From: an uncultured Undibacter sp.
GTDB lineage: Bacteria; Pseudomonadota; Alphaproteobacteria; Rhizobiales; Xanthobacteraceae
Direction: 5' to 3'
DNA: 46,313 bases
NCBI GenBank assembly: GCA_964384635.1
Contig: CAYLMY010000004.1
Coordinates: 1 to 46,313 of the forward strand
In this document: positions 1-12,523 of the stretch, piece after piece
Layout of the letters: each line of letters opens with the position of its first letter
How positions within the stretch are numbered: position 1 is the first letter of the stretch
Program-made: the position numbers and the translations under genes
Notes under the pieces: model-generated
What the model was told of the DNA's origin: nothing
Seen by the model: the letters and a program-made list of their open reading frames with translations, nothing else
Database searches by the model: none

Positions 1-77
1 ACGAATGACGTGCTATCGTCGCCGCGACATTTCTCTCGCGCGCCGGCCGAACATGGGAGCGCTTCTCCTATTACGGG

Positions 78-1316
78 ATGCGCGCCCTGCTCGTGCTCTA
101 CATGGTGGAGTACCTGCTCAAGCCGGCGCAGGCGGGCCATGTGCTCGGTCTCGCCTCTTTTAAAAGCGCGCTTGAAACCGTATTCGGCCCGCTCGCCCCG
201 CAGCCCTTCGCCTCACAGATCTACGGCTTCTACACCGGGCTCGTTTATCTCACCCCGATCTTCGGCGGCCTGCTCGCCGATCGCGTACTTGGCCAGCGCC
301 GCACCGTCATCCTCGGCGCCGCGTTAATGGCGGTCGGCCATTTCATGATGGCCTTCGAGCACCTGTTCCTGTTCGCGCTTTGCTTCCTCATTCTCGGCAA
401 TGGCTGCTTCAAGCCGAACATCTCCACCCAAGTCGGTGCGCTCTATGCGCCCGGCGACCGCCGCCGCGACCGCGCCTTCTCGATCTTCTATGTCGGCATC
501 AATCTCGGCGCCTTCCTGGCGCCGCTGGTGTGCGGCACGCTCGGCGAAGAGATCGGCTGGCACTACGGCTTTGCCGCCGCCGGCGTCGGCATGACCACCG
601 GGCTCGTCATTTATCTGGTCGCCACGCCGACTTTGCCGAAGGACGCCTTCGCCCGACGCGAAACAGTGCAGGCGCCGCTCGCCCGCCGAGATTGGCAGGC
701 GATCGGCGCCATTCTCGCGCTGATGCTGCCGGTGAGCCTGTTCTGGGCCACCTACGAGCAGCAAGGCAACACCATCGTGTTGTGGGCAAGTCAATACACC
801 GACCGTCATGTGTTGACCGGTTTCGAAATTCCGGTCACCTCGTTCCAGGCCTTCAACCCCTTCATGATCTTCGCCTTCACGCCATTCATCGTTTCACTGT
901 GGCGCTTACAGGGGCAGCACGAACCGTCGACCGTCATGAAATTGTCGATCGGCTGTTTTCTCAATGCCGCGTCCTGGCTGATCATGCTGGCCGCCGCCCA
1001 TACCGCGGGCAGCGCCCAGGCAAGCTGGCTCTGGCTGCTCGCCTTCTTCGTCGTCATCACCATCGGCGAGCTTTATCTGTCGCCCACCAGCCTGTCGCTG
1101 ATCACCAAAGTGGCACCGCTTCGCTTGCTGTCGATGATGATGGGCGTGTGGCTGATGACCAACTTCTTCGGCAATTTTCTCGCCGGCTATCTCGGCACCC
1201 TCTGGTCGAGCATGGCGAAGGGCGATTTCTTCCTCATGCTGGCGGTCATTTCCGCCGCCGCCGGGCTCGCGATTGCGCTCATGCATCGGCCCTTGCGGGC
1301 TGTCCTGCAAGACTAG
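78..1316 (+). CDS. POT/PTR2 family proton-dependent oligopeptide transporter, apparently 5'-truncated (possible pseudogene)
   Basis: Contains POT motifs GNGCFKPNIS, FSIFYVGINLGA, EQQGN and IGELYLSP. In-frame WERFSYYG (54-77) precedes ATG78, but the frame is closed by TGA at 6-8 with no usable upstream start. The stop codon overlaps the pobA stop (CTAG, 1313-1316). Confidence 0.85.
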   Translation: MRALLVLYMVEYLLKPAQAGHVLGLASFKSALETVFGPLAPQPFASQIYGFYTGLVYLTPIFGGLLADRVLGQRRTVILGAALMAVGHFMMAFEHLFLFALCFLILGNGCFKPNISTQVGALYAPGDRRRDRAFSIFYVGINLGAFLAPLVCGTLGEEIGWHYGFAAAGVGMTTGLVIYLVATPTLPKDAFARRETVQAPLARRDWQAIGAILALMLPVSLFWATYEQQGNTIVLWASQYTDRHVLTGFEIPVTSFQAFNPFMIFAFTPFIVSLWRLQGQHEPSTVMKLSIGCFLNAASWLIMLAAAHTAGSAQASWLWLLAFFVVITIGELYLSPTSLSLITKVAPLRLLSMMMGVWLMTNFFGNFLAGYLGTLWSSMAKGDFFLMLAVISAAAGLAIALMHRPLRAVLQD

Positions 1317-2485
1317 TCGATGGGAAGCCCGGCGTAATTCTCGGCCAGCGATACCGAGGCCGCGTGCGAAGATGTCACATAATCGAGCTCGGCCAGTTGC
1401 CGCTTCATATCGAATTCGGCGTACTCCCCGTCGCGCTGGCGATGCAGCATCTGCGTCATCCACCAGGAGAAGCGCTGGCCTTTCCAAACACGCCGCAGGC
1501 AGGTCGCCGAAAAGCTCTCGAGCCCATCGTTCTTTCTATTGCGGTAAAAGCGTTCGAGCGCGCGCGACAAATAGAAAACGTCGGCCATCGCCAGGTTCAT
1601 GCCTTTGGCGCCGGTCGGCGGCACGATATGGGCGGCGTCGCCGGCCAGGAACAGGCGGCCGAGCTGCATCGGCTCGGCGACGTAGCTGCGCATCGGCGTC
1701 ACGCCCTTTTGCACGATCTTGCCTTGCGGCAGGGGCCGCACGCCGCCCAGCCGCGTGGTCAGTTCCTCCCAGACGCGCGAATCCGGCCAGTTGACGACGT
1801 CCTCGTCGGGCGCGACTTGCAGATAGAGCCGCGACAGGTCCGGCCCGCGCATGGAGAACAACGCGAAGCCGCGTTCGTGATAGGAATAGATCAATTCCTT
1901 CTCCGGCGGCGGCGATTCCGACAGGATACCGAGCCAGCCGTACGGATAGACGCGGTCGTAGCCGGTCCATGACCCTTGCGGCAGGCTCGGCCGGCAGACG
2001 CCGTGAAAGCCGTCGCAGCCGGCGATGACGTCGCAGTCGATCTGCTGCGCCTTGCCGTCGTGTTTGAATCTGATCTTCGGGCGGTCGCCGGTGAAATCGT
2101 GCACGCTGGTGTCGTCTACCTCGAACAGGATCTGACCGCCCTGCGCAAGGCGATGCGCGATCAGGTCGGTCACCACTTCCTTCTGGTCGTAGATATAGAC
2201 CTGCTTGCCGATCAGCTTGGTGAAATCGAGCTTGTGCGCCTCGCCGTTGAAGCCGAGAAAAATGCCGTCATGCACCATGGCTTCGCGCTGCAGCCGCGCG
2301 CCCACACCGGTGTCCACCAGCATCTTGGCGACCCAGTTCTCCATCAGGCCGGCGCGCACGCGGTTCTCGCAATAGTCGCGGCTCTTGTTTTCGACGACGA
2401 TCGACTCGATGCCGGCAAGCTGCAGCAGATGCGACAGCATCAGCCCGGCCGGCCCCGCTCCGACGATCCCGACTTGTGTGCGCAT
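1313..2485 (-). CDS. pobA: 4-hydroxybenzoate 3-monooxygenase
   Basis: Has GAGPAG, RVRAG, GCDGFHG, YPYGWLG, LAGDAAHIVPPTGAKGMN and C-terminal AENYAGLP. Residues equivalent to PHBH Y201/S212/R214/R220/Y222/Y385 are retained. Confidence 0.95.
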   Translation of the reverse strand: MRTQVGIVGAGPAGLMLSHLLQLAGIESIVVENKSRDYCENRVRAGLMENWVAKMLVDTGVGARLQREAMVHDGIFLGFNGEAHKLDFTKLIGKQVYIYDQKEVVTDLIAHRLAQGGQILFEVDDTSVHDFTGDRPKIRFKHDGKAQQIDCDVIAGCDGFHGVCRPSLPQGSWTGYDRVYPYGWLGILSESPPPEKELIYSYHERGFALFSMRGPDLSRLYLQVAPDEDVVNWPDSRVWEELTTRLGGVRPLPQGKIVQKGVTPMRSYVAEPMQLGRLFLAGDAAHIVPPTGAKGMNLAMADVFYLSRALERFYRNRKNDGLESFSATCLRRVWKGQRFSWWMTQMLHRQRDGEYAEFDMKRQLAELDYVTSSHAASVSLAENYAGLPID

Positions 2486-2577
2486 GCGTGAAAACTCCGA
2501 CCGCTGTGGCGGTGGCCTCTATATGTGTGTGCTGCGGTCCCGGCAAAGGGACGAAGCCCGGAAATTCTGGTCAATTG

Positions 2578-3078
2578 TCAGGTAGAGCCTGCCGGCGGCC
2601 AGCCGTAGCGCGGCACGCGCGCCTTATAGCCGCGATAGGCGTTGCCGAACTTCGCCTCGAGATAGCGCTCCTCGCACTTGACCACGCCGAAATGCAGCAC
2701 CGGCGCGACGACGGCCGTCATCACCAGCGTCCAGTCGGACGCCAGCAGCACGGACAAGCCGGCGAGACCCACTATGAGGCCGACATACATCGGATTGCGC
2801 AGCCAAGCGAAAATGCCGTCGGTTACCACCGCGCTCGACGGCTTCCAGGGCTCGACATGGGTGCCGGCCGCGCGGAAGGCGAGAAGGGCGGGAATGGCAA
2901 GGCCGGCGCTGACGGCCAGCAGTATAGCGCCGATCACGATGCGCTCGGGCAGCGACAACAGCACGGTGAGCACATAGGCCGGCAGCAGCCGGTCGAGCAG
3001 CAGGCCGAGCACCAGCGCCGCCAGCGCAATCAGCGGCGGCGGGGCGATGACGCCGGCGGTATCGTGCACATCGTTCAC
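2578..3078 (-). CDS. isoprenylcysteine carboxylmethyltransferase/PEMT-family membrane methyltransferase
   Basis: Hydrophobic protein with G-I-F-x-W-L-RNPMY, EERYL-x3-FG-x2-Y and RVPRY motifs. The GTG start abuts the stop of the upstream gene. Confidence 0.85.
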   Translation of the reverse strand: MNDVHDTAGVIAPPPLIALAALVLGLLLDRLLPAYVLTVLLSLPERIVIGAILLAVSAGLAIPALLAFRAAGTHVEPWKPSSAVVTDGIFAWLRNPMYVGLIVGLAGLSVLLASDWTLVMTAVVAPVLHFGVVKCEERYLEAKFGNAYRGYKARVPRYGWPPAGST

Positions 3079-3795
3079 TCAGGCCTCCAGCCATTCGGCG
3101 AGCGCGGCATTCACCGGTTCGGGTTTTTCCAGGGTGCACAGATGGCCGCAGTCGGGCACGATCACCAGGCGTGCGCCGGGTATGCCGGCGGCGATTTCCT
3201 TCGCCAACGCCGGCGGCAGTAGTTCGTCGCCATCGCCGACCAGCACCAGCGTCGGGCAGCGAATGGCCGCCAAGAGCGGCCGCGAATCCGGCCGCGACAT
3301 GATCGCTCTAAGGTGGCGCACGAAGGTTTCCGTCCCGTTCTCGGCGGCCATGTCACGGATAATACCCTTGAGCGTCTCGTCGTTATGCCGGTTGCGATGC
3401 AAGTAGCGCAGCGTGAGCACCGCGGCCACATCGGCGAACTGACCGGCTTCGCTCATGGATATGAATTTCTCGCGCTCGGCGGTCTGTTCCGGCATATCGG
3501 GGCGCGCCGAGGTGTCGAGCAGCGCCAGCTTGGCGATGCGTTGCGGCGCCTGCCGCATCATGGCGAAGGCGATGTAGCCGCCCATCGACAGCCCGGCGAG
3601 CGCAAAGCGCGGCGGCGCATTGGCCAGAATACGGGCGGCGATCGCGGCCATAGTGTCGTCGCGCCGGTGATCGGCGACCGTCACCGGGCCGAACGGCCAC
3701 AGCGCCGCGATTTGTGGCGCGTATACTCTAGCGCTGCATAGCAGCCCGGGCACCAGAACCAGTGGTAAGGTTGACGCCATTCCCGTCTCCGACAT
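3079..3795 (-). CDS. alpha/beta-fold hydrolase
   Basis: Has the LVPGL oxyanion region, GLSMGG nucleophile elbow, catalytic Asp region (GDGDEL) and CGH His. Confidence 0.9.
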   Translation of the reverse strand: MSETGMASTLPLVLVPGLLCSARVYAPQIAALWPFGPVTVADHRRDDTMAAIAARILANAPPRFALAGLSMGGYIAFAMMRQAPQRIAKLALLDTSARPDMPEQTAEREKFISMSEAGQFADVAAVLTLRYLHRNRHNDETLKGIIRDMAAENGTETFVRHLRAIMSRPDSRPLLAAIRCPTLVLVGDGDELLPPALAKEIAAGIPGARLVIVPDCGHLCTLEKPEPVNAALAEWLEA

Positions 3796-3840
3796 GAGAA
3801 AAGTTTAATCATTTATATGACTTATTGCATTGTGGAAGCA

Positions 3841-3868
3841 TTGACTTTGCGGCGTTCAAGCCTATCTT
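3841..3868 (+). promoter_or_regulatory. candidate sigma70-type promoter of the DEAD-box helicase
   Basis: TTGACT (3841-3846)-N16-TATCTT (3863-3868), preceded by an A/T-rich tract, about 90 bp upstream of ATG3960. Confidence 0.45.
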
Positions 3869-3959
3869 CCGGCATGCGGATCGAGCCAAGATTCGATCCG
3901 CCTCCCCGCGCAATGCAACCAGATTTCCAGTCCGGCGCGGGGCCGGACTTTGAGGTTAT

Positions 3960-5309
<1,350 letters not shown>

Positions 5310-5453
5310 CAACAGCAGGGCTTTCGGGAAACCGGGCGTTGCCACAACAGGAGGTTGTGGCGCCCGGTTCCGAATTTACCGCCGATTCACTTCCCTCGAA
5401 TATCGTTGCCATGGGACGCGCGGCCAGAACGACCGCGCAGGCAAGGATTCGCC

Positions 5454-6515
5454 ATGACCGCGGACGAACACGAACGAACTTTGGCGTTCGCCGAAATCGC
5501 GTTTGGCCAGATCAAGGCGCTGCGCCAAGCAGCGACGCCGCGCAACTACGAAATCTGGTACGCCTACGCCACCGGCTATAAGCCCTCGCTCAATCAGAAG
5601 ATCAACGAGACGCTCAAGCAAAGCGGCTCGCTTTCCGAATCCGACCTCGAACAGCTCTACGAAACCCACCTGTCGCCGGTCCGCTTGTCCGACAAGATCG
5701 ACAATGTCGGCAGCCAGGTGATGGGCGAGATCGAGCAGGTGATGGCGATGATCGACGCCGCCGCCGGCTCCGCCACCAGCTACACCGAAAGCCTCGCCGA
5801 CATGAGCGAGAAGCTCGGCCAGTCGAAGGACCGCGAGGCCGTACGCGCCATCGTCGAAAGCCTGGTGCATACCACAAAGGAAATGGAAATCTCCAACCAG
5901 CAGCTGGAAGAACGGCTCAACGCCTCCAAGCTCGAAATCAACGAGTTGCAGGAAAATCTCGAGACGGTTCGCACCGAAAGCCTGACCGATCCTCTGACCC
6001 AGCTCGCCAACCGAAAATTCTTCGACACGACGATCGAGAAGGCCATCGCCGAGGCGCGCGCCAAGAACGAGCCGTTGTCGCTGATGATGACCGACATCGA
6101 CCATTTCAAGACTTTCAACGACAACTACGGCCACCTCACCGGTGATCACGTGCTGCGCCTGGTGGCGGCATCGGTGAAGAACAACGTCAAGGGCCAGGAC
6201 ACCGCGGCACGCTACGGCGGCGAGGAATTTGCGATCATCCTGCCGAACACGGTGCTGCGCTCGGCCATCACCGTCGCCGACCACATCCGCCGCGCGGTGA
6301 TGACCAAAGAGCTGATGAAGCGCTCGACCGGCGAGCATCTCGGGCGGGTGACGATCTCGATCGGGGTCGCCACCCTGAGCAGGAGCGACGGTCCGCAGGC
6401 GCTGATCGAGCGCACTGACAGCTGCCTCTATGCCGCCAAGCGGCACGGCCGCAACCGCGTGATGTCGGAGACCGATCCGGAAGTCACCGCGGGCGGTGCC
6501 CAGCAGGTCGCCTGA
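5454..6515 (+). CDS. diguanylate cyclase (GGDEF domain, soluble coiled-coil N-terminus)
   Basis: Has DPLT-x-LANR, DIDHFK-x2-ND-x-YGH-x2-GD and RYGGEEF. The I-site position reads KGQD instead of RxxD. Start placed at ATG5454 (MTADEHE). Confidence 0.92.
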   Translation: MTADEHERTLAFAEIAFGQIKALRQAATPRNYEIWYAYATGYKPSLNQKINETLKQSGSLSESDLEQLYETHLSPVRLSDKIDNVGSQVMGEIEQVMAMIDAAAGSATSYTESLADMSEKLGQSKDREAVRAIVESLVHTTKEMEISNQQLEERLNASKLEINELQENLETVRTESLTDPLTQLANRKFFDTTIEKAIAEARAKNEPLSLMMTDIDHFKTFNDNYGHLTGDHVLRLVAASVKNNVKGQDTAARYGGEEFAIILPNTVLRSAITVADHIRRAVMTKELMKRSTGEHLGRVTISIGVATLSRSDGPQALIERTDSCLYAAKRHGRNRVMSETDPEVTAGGAQQVA

Positions 6516-6566
6516 ACAAGCTCTCGACGATGATGGGATGCGCCGCCGTTGCGGCGCCGCCGGGCC

Positions 6567-6941
6567 TTATTCGGCGGCGTCCTTCGCCGGCGTGAGCTGC
6601 ACGGATTCCCCGCAGCCGCAGGCGCCGGTCTGGTTCGGATTGTTGAACACGAATTGCGCCGACAGCTTCTCGGTCTTGTAATCCATCTCGGTGCCGAGCA
6701 GGAACAGCACCGCTTTCGGATCGATCAAGAGCTTGACGCCCTTGTCCTCCACCACCTCGTCAGCCGGATTGGCCGCCTCGGCATATTCCATGGTGTATTC
6801 CATGCCGGCGCAGCCGCCGTTCTTGACGCCGACGCGCACGCCGGCCACGGGCTTTTCGGCCCGCGCCATCACGTCCTTGATGCGCGCAGCGGCGGCCTCG
6901 GTCAGCCGCATCACCTGGGGTCGGGGTCGTGCTGTGGCCAT
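6567..6941 (-). CDS. sufA: A-type Fe-S carrier (SufA/IscA/HesB)
   Basis: GGCAG and CGCGES motifs; last gene of the suf operon. Confidence 0.93.
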   Translation of the reverse strand: MATARPRPQVMRLTEAAAARIKDVMARAEKPVAGVRVGVKNGGCAGMEYTMEYAEAANPADEVVEDKGVKLLIDPKAVLFLLGTEMDYKTEKLSAQFVFNNPNQTGACGCGESVQLTPAKDAAE

Positions 6942-6983
6942 GGCAGTTCTCGTCGCCTCTTAATCTAATGTCTCACTTAAAGA

Positions 6984-7388
6984 TTACCACATATTGAGCA
7001 CGAGGCGCGCCTCGTCCGACATGCGGCTCGGATCCCACGGCGGATCCCACACTACCTCCACCTTGGCGTCCCTCACGCCCGCCACGCTGGCGACCGCGTT
7101 CTCCACCTGCACCGGCAAGTCCTGCGCCGCCGGGCAGTTCGGCGAGGTCAACGACATGTCGACCTTGACGCCGCGGTCATCGCCGATGTCGATCTTGTAG
7201 ATCAGTCCGAGCTCGTAGATGTCGGCCGGGATTTCCGGGTCATACACGGTCTTGAGGGCGGCGACGATGTCGTCGGTGAGCTTGTTAAGCTCGTCGGCCG
7301 GCAACTCGGAAGAGCCGGTGACGGCGGCGTTCTCCGGCGGCTTTTCCACGACCGGAGTGTTGGCGGTGTCTTGCGTGTCGTCGGTCAT
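6984..7388 (-). CDS. sufT: SUF-associated Fe-S maturation factor (DUF59/SufT)
   Basis: DPEIP, YELGL, LTSPNCP and DPPW motifs. ATGA overlap with sufS. Confidence 0.9.
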   Translation of the reverse strand: MTDDTQDTANTPVVEKPPENAAVTGSSELPADELNKLTDDIVAALKTVYDPEIPADIYELGLIYKIDIGDDRGVKVDMSLTSPNCPAAQDLPVQVENAVASVAGVRDAKVEVVWDPPWDPSRMSDEARLVLNMW

Positions 7389-8632
7389 GCGAACATATCC
7401 TGCGCCTTGGCGAGCGAGGCCGCGAGCGCGTCCACCTCGTCCTTGGTGTTATAGAGTGCGAATGATGCCCGACAAGTTGCGGTCAGGCCGTAGCGCGCCA
7501 GCAGCGGCATGACGCAATGGGTGCCGGCGCGCACCGCCACGCCCTGGCGGTCGATCACGGTCGCAACGTCATGCGGATGGGCGCCCTTCATTTCAAAGGA
7601 GACGAGCGGGCCCTTGCCCTTGGCGTTGCCGATGATGCGCAGCGAATTGATCGCGCCCAGCCGCTCATGGGCATATTTGACCAGCGCGTCTTCGTGCGCG
7701 CGGATGCGCGCCTTGCCGATCGAATTGACATAGTTGATGGCGGCACCAAGCCCGATTGCTTGCACGATCGCCGGCGTGCCGGCCTCGAACCGGTAGGGCG
7801 GCTCACCATAGGTAATGCGGTCCTCGAACACGTCCTGAATCATCTCGCCGCCGCCGTTGAACGGCGGCATCGACGCCAGATGATCGTATTTGCCGTAGAG
7901 CACGCCGACCCCGGTCGGCCCGTAGAGCTTGTGGCCGGTGAAAACGTAGAAGTCGCAGCCGATGTCGCGCACGTCCACATCAAGATGCACCGCCGCCTGC
8001 GCGCCATCGATCAAGACCGGTATGCCGCGCGCATGGGCGATTTTGGTCACTTCCTTGACCGGCACAACGGTGCCGAGCGCGTTCGACATGTGGGTGACAG
8101 CCACCATCTTGGTGCGGGGCCCGAGCAGCTTTTCGAACTCATCGACAAGGAAATTACCGTCGTCGTCGATCGGCGCCCATTTGATCACGGCACCCTGCCG
8201 CTCGCGCAGGAAATGCCAGGGCACGATGTTGGAATGGTGCTCCATGATCGAGAGCACGATCTCGTCGCCCTGCTTGATGCGCTCGCGCCCGAAGGTATAG
8301 GCGACCAGGTTGATCGCCTCGGTGGCGTTGCGCGTGAAGATGATTTCTTCGGCGCGGCCCGCGTTGAGGAAGCCGCGCACGCTCTCGCGCGCGCCCTCGT
8401 AGGCTTCCGTCGCTTCGTTGGCGAGATAATGCAGCCCGCGGTGCACATTGGCGTATTGCTCGGTATAGGCCTTGTGCAGCCGGTCAAGCACGCTTTTCGG
8501 CTTCTGCGCCGAGGCGGCGTTGTCGAGATAGACCAGCGGCTTGCCGTAGACCTGCATCGCCAGCGCGGGAAAATCCGCGCGGATACGGGCTACGTCATAT
8601 GAGCCGTTGCTGGCCGCAGGATGCGTGTTCAT
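7385..8632 (-). CDS. sufS: SufS-type (group II) cysteine desulfurase
   Basis: Has YLDNAASAQKP, NVHRG, EHHSN, GHK (PLP Lys) and RAGTHC. True start ATG8632 overlaps the sufD stop (ATGA); the ORF-track extension to 9016 lies inside sufD. Confidence 0.95.
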   Translation of the reverse strand: MNTHPAASNGSYDVARIRADFPALAMQVYGKPLVYLDNAASAQKPKSVLDRLHKAYTEQYANVHRGLHYLANEATEAYEGARESVRGFLNAGRAEEIIFTRNATEAINLVAYTFGRERIKQGDEIVLSIMEHHSNIVPWHFLRERQGAVIKWAPIDDDGNFLVDEFEKLLGPRTKMVAVTHMSNALGTVVPVKEVTKIAHARGIPVLIDGAQAAVHLDVDVRDIGCDFYVFTGHKLYGPTGVGVLYGKYDHLASMPPFNGGGEMIQDVFEDRITYGEPPYRFEAGTPAIVQAIGLGAAINYVNSIGKARIRAHEDALVKYAHERLGAINSLRIIGNAKGKGPLVSFEMKGAHPHDVATVIDRQGVAVRAGTHCVMPLLARYGLTATCRASFALYNTKDEVDALAASLAKAQDMFA

Positions 8633-9942
8633 GGGTGCGTCCCCAGCCAGCGCAGCGCCGCGAATTTGAGTGCATCGCGTATGCCCTCGTGCGCGATCTC
8701 TTCGATGGTCTCGTCGACGAAGGCCTGGATCAGCAAGGCTTCCGCTTCTTTTTCCGGAATGCCGCGCGACATCAGGTAGAATTTCAAGCCTTCGTCGGGC
8801 GCGGACGTGGTGGCGCCGTGGCCGCAGACCACGTCGTCGGCAAAGATTTCCAGCTCCGGTTTGTTGTCGGCTTCGGCCTCGTCGGACAGCAGCAGCGCGC
8901 GCGTCATCATCTTGGCGTCGGTCTTCTGCGCGTGCGGCTTGACCACGATCTTGCCCTGGAACACGCCATGAGCGGAATCGTCCAGCACCGACTTGAACTG
9001 CTCGCGGCTCTCGCAACCACCTGCGGCGTGCTCGATCAGCAGCGTGGTGTCGGCATGCTCCTTGCCGCGCAGCAGGCTGACGCCGCGGATGCCGGCATGG
9101 GTGCCTTCGCCGGCAAAACGAATGAAATTCTGGTTGCGCATCACGTTTGCGTCGCTGGTGAAGCCGAAGGCGTTGAACGTCGCCTTGGCACCGATCGAGG
9201 CCAGCAGGCTCGCCACATGCAGCGCCCGAGCGCGCGTGATCTTGAAGTAATCGACCTGCGCCTTGTCGCCCACGACCAGTTCAAGCGCGACATTCATCTG
9301 CGCCGCGCCGCTGTCGTGGTCTTCGACGATGGTCGCCTTGGCCCCGTCACCCACCACCACCAGCGAACGCACGAACACCGAGCTCGGCTTGTCGCTGCCG
9401 GCTGCAAAGACCAGATGGATCGGCCGCTTGAGGTCGGCGCCCTTGGCGATATTGATCACGGCGCCGTCGCCCATCAGCGCGGTATTGAGCGCGACCGCGG
9501 CATCGTCGGTCTCGAAGGTCTTGCCGACATGTTTTGCGACCTGCGCGTCGCCCTTAGCCAGCGCCTCGGCCATCGAGCCAATGGCAAGCCCTGTTTCGGG
9601 CGCAAGATCGGACAGTTCCGGCGCGAACGCGCCGTCGACAAAAACCAGCCGGCGGCTGTCGACGCCCGCCAGAATATTGCCAGCCGTCTTGACCCGCGAT
9701 TTCGCCGCGGCATCGGGCGGCGGAGCAATCGGATAGGCATCGCGCATCAGCGCGCGCAGGTCGGTGTATTTCCATTCCTCGACGCGGCGGTGCGGCAGCC
9801 CACGCGTCTCGAATTGCTTGAAGGCGCCTTCGCGCAAAGCCGCGATCGCGCCCTTGCCGGGGAGCGTTGCGCGCGCGCCCTCGTAAGCCGCGCTCAGCGC
9901 CTGCTCGGCCGGCGTCTTCATGGCGCGGACTTCAACGTTCAT
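8629..9942 (-). CDS. sufD: Fe-S cluster assembly protein SufD
   Basis: EEWKYTDL, KPELEIFADDVVCGHGAT and FYLMSRGI motifs; position in the operon. Confidence 0.95.
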   Translation of the reverse strand: MNVEVRAMKTPAEQALSAAYEGARATLPGKGAIAALREGAFKQFETRGLPHRRVEEWKYTDLRALMRDAYPIAPPPDAAAKSRVKTAGNILAGVDSRRLVFVDGAFAPELSDLAPETGLAIGSMAEALAKGDAQVAKHVGKTFETDDAAVALNTALMGDGAVINIAKGADLKRPIHLVFAAGSDKPSSVFVRSLVVVGDGAKATIVEDHDSGAAQMNVALELVVGDKAQVDYFKITRARALHVASLLASIGAKATFNAFGFTSDANVMRNQNFIRFAGEGTHAGIRGVSLLRGKEHADTTLLIEHAAGGCESREQFKSVLDDSAHGVFQGKIVVKPHAQKTDAKMMTRALLLSDEAEADNKPELEIFADDVVCGHGATTSAPDEGLKFYLMSRGIPEKEAEALLIQAFVDETIEEIAHEGIRDALKFAALRWLGTHP

Positions 9943-10700
9943 CAGGCCGCCTCGCCGGCATATTGCGCGTAGCCCTTGGCTTCGAGCTCGAGCGCCAGCT
10001 CCTTGCCGCCGCTCTTCACCACCTTGCCCTTGGCCATCACGTGCACCACGTCGGGCACAATGTAGTTGAGCAGCCGCTGATAGTGCGTAATCACCACCGT
10101 GGCGCGCTCGGGCGAGCGCAAGGCGTTGACGCCATCGGCCACGATCTTGAGCGCGTCGATGTCGAGCCCGGAATCGGTCTCGTCGAGCACGGCGAGCCGC
10201 GGCTGCAACACCGCCATCTGCAGAATTTCGTTGCGCTTCTTCTCGCCGCCGGAAAAGCCGACATTGACGGCGCGGCGCAACATGTCCTGGCTGATGCCGA
10301 GATGGCCGGCGGTATCGCGCACCAGCTTCATGAATTCCGGCGTGGAGACTTCCGGTTGCCCACGCGTCTTGCGCTGGGCGTTGAGCGCGGTGCGCAGGAA
10401 GGTCATGGTGGCGACGCCCGGCACTTCCACCGGATACTGGAAGGCGAGGAACACGCCCTTGGCCGCGCGCTCGTCGGGCGACATTTCCAGAATACTTTCG
10501 CCGTCGAGCGTAACGTCGCCCTCGGTGACTTTGTAGTCCGCCTTGCCGGCAAGCACATAGGCAAGCGTCGACTTGCCGGAGCCGTTCGGGCCCATGATGG
10601 CGGCGACCTGGCCCTTCTCGACCATGAGGTCGAGGCCGTTCAGAATCTTCTTGCCGTCGATCTCGACGTGCAGGTTTTTGACTTCAAGCAGTTTAGACAT
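9942..10700 (-). CDS. sufC: Fe-S cluster assembly ATPase SufC
   Basis: GPNGSGKST, FQYPVE, FSGGEKKR, LDETDSGLDID and ITHYQRLL. TGATG overlap with sufD. Confidence 0.97.
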   Translation of the reverse strand: MSKLLEVKNLHVEIDGKKILNGLDLMVEKGQVAAIMGPNGSGKSTLAYVLAGKADYKVTEGDVTLDGESILEMSPDERAAKGVFLAFQYPVEVPGVATMTFLRTALNAQRKTRGQPEVSTPEFMKLVRDTAGHLGISQDMLRRAVNVGFSGGEKKRNEILQMAVLQPRLAVLDETDSGLDIDALKIVADGVNALRSPERATVVITHYQRLLNYIVPDVVHVMAKGKVVKSGGKELALELEAKGYAQYAGEAA

Positions 10701-11002
10701 TTAGGCCTCTGAGAATGCGGCTATTTCGTCGAACATGCCATCCACGTCGCGCTCGACACCGCCACCGGAATCGACCTCGTTGGTTGACGGCGCTTCGACC
10801 ATGACTTCGGTGCGGAAGCGATCCGCGCTGGCACGGCGGACGATCAGGAAGCGGCCACCGTGTTTGATGACCAGATCGTCTTCTTCCCGATAGACTTCGA
10901 GATCGGGGAAATGACCGGCGATGCAATCCTGCAACGCAACCACGCCCTTATCCTTGCCCAGACAAGCGAGAACTTCTTGCCTGAACCCATTGCGGTCCGC
11001 AC

Positions 11003-11006
<4 letters not shown>
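10701..11006 (-). CDS. hypothetical 101-aa protein embedded in the suf operon
   Basis: Exactly fills the sufB-sufC gap: ATGA overlap with the sufB stop, and its TAA directly abuts the sufC ATG. No family recognised. Confidence 0.75.

Positions 11007-12523
<1,517 letters not shown>

Noticed and set aside
380-1972. 530-aa + strand ORF spanning the POT gene and pobA
   Set aside because: Out-of-frame/antisense shadow of two motif-supported genes; Arg/Pro-rich composition typical of high-GC alternative frames.
3796-3840. A/T-rich tract considered as a dif site or mobile-element end
   Set aside because: No XerC/XerD arm match or terminal repeat; explained as a divergent promoter region.
8633-9016. 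128-aa N-terminal extension of SufS in the ORF track (apparent fusion)
   Set aside because: Lies within sufD in another frame; the ATGA overlap at 8629-8632 marks the real start.
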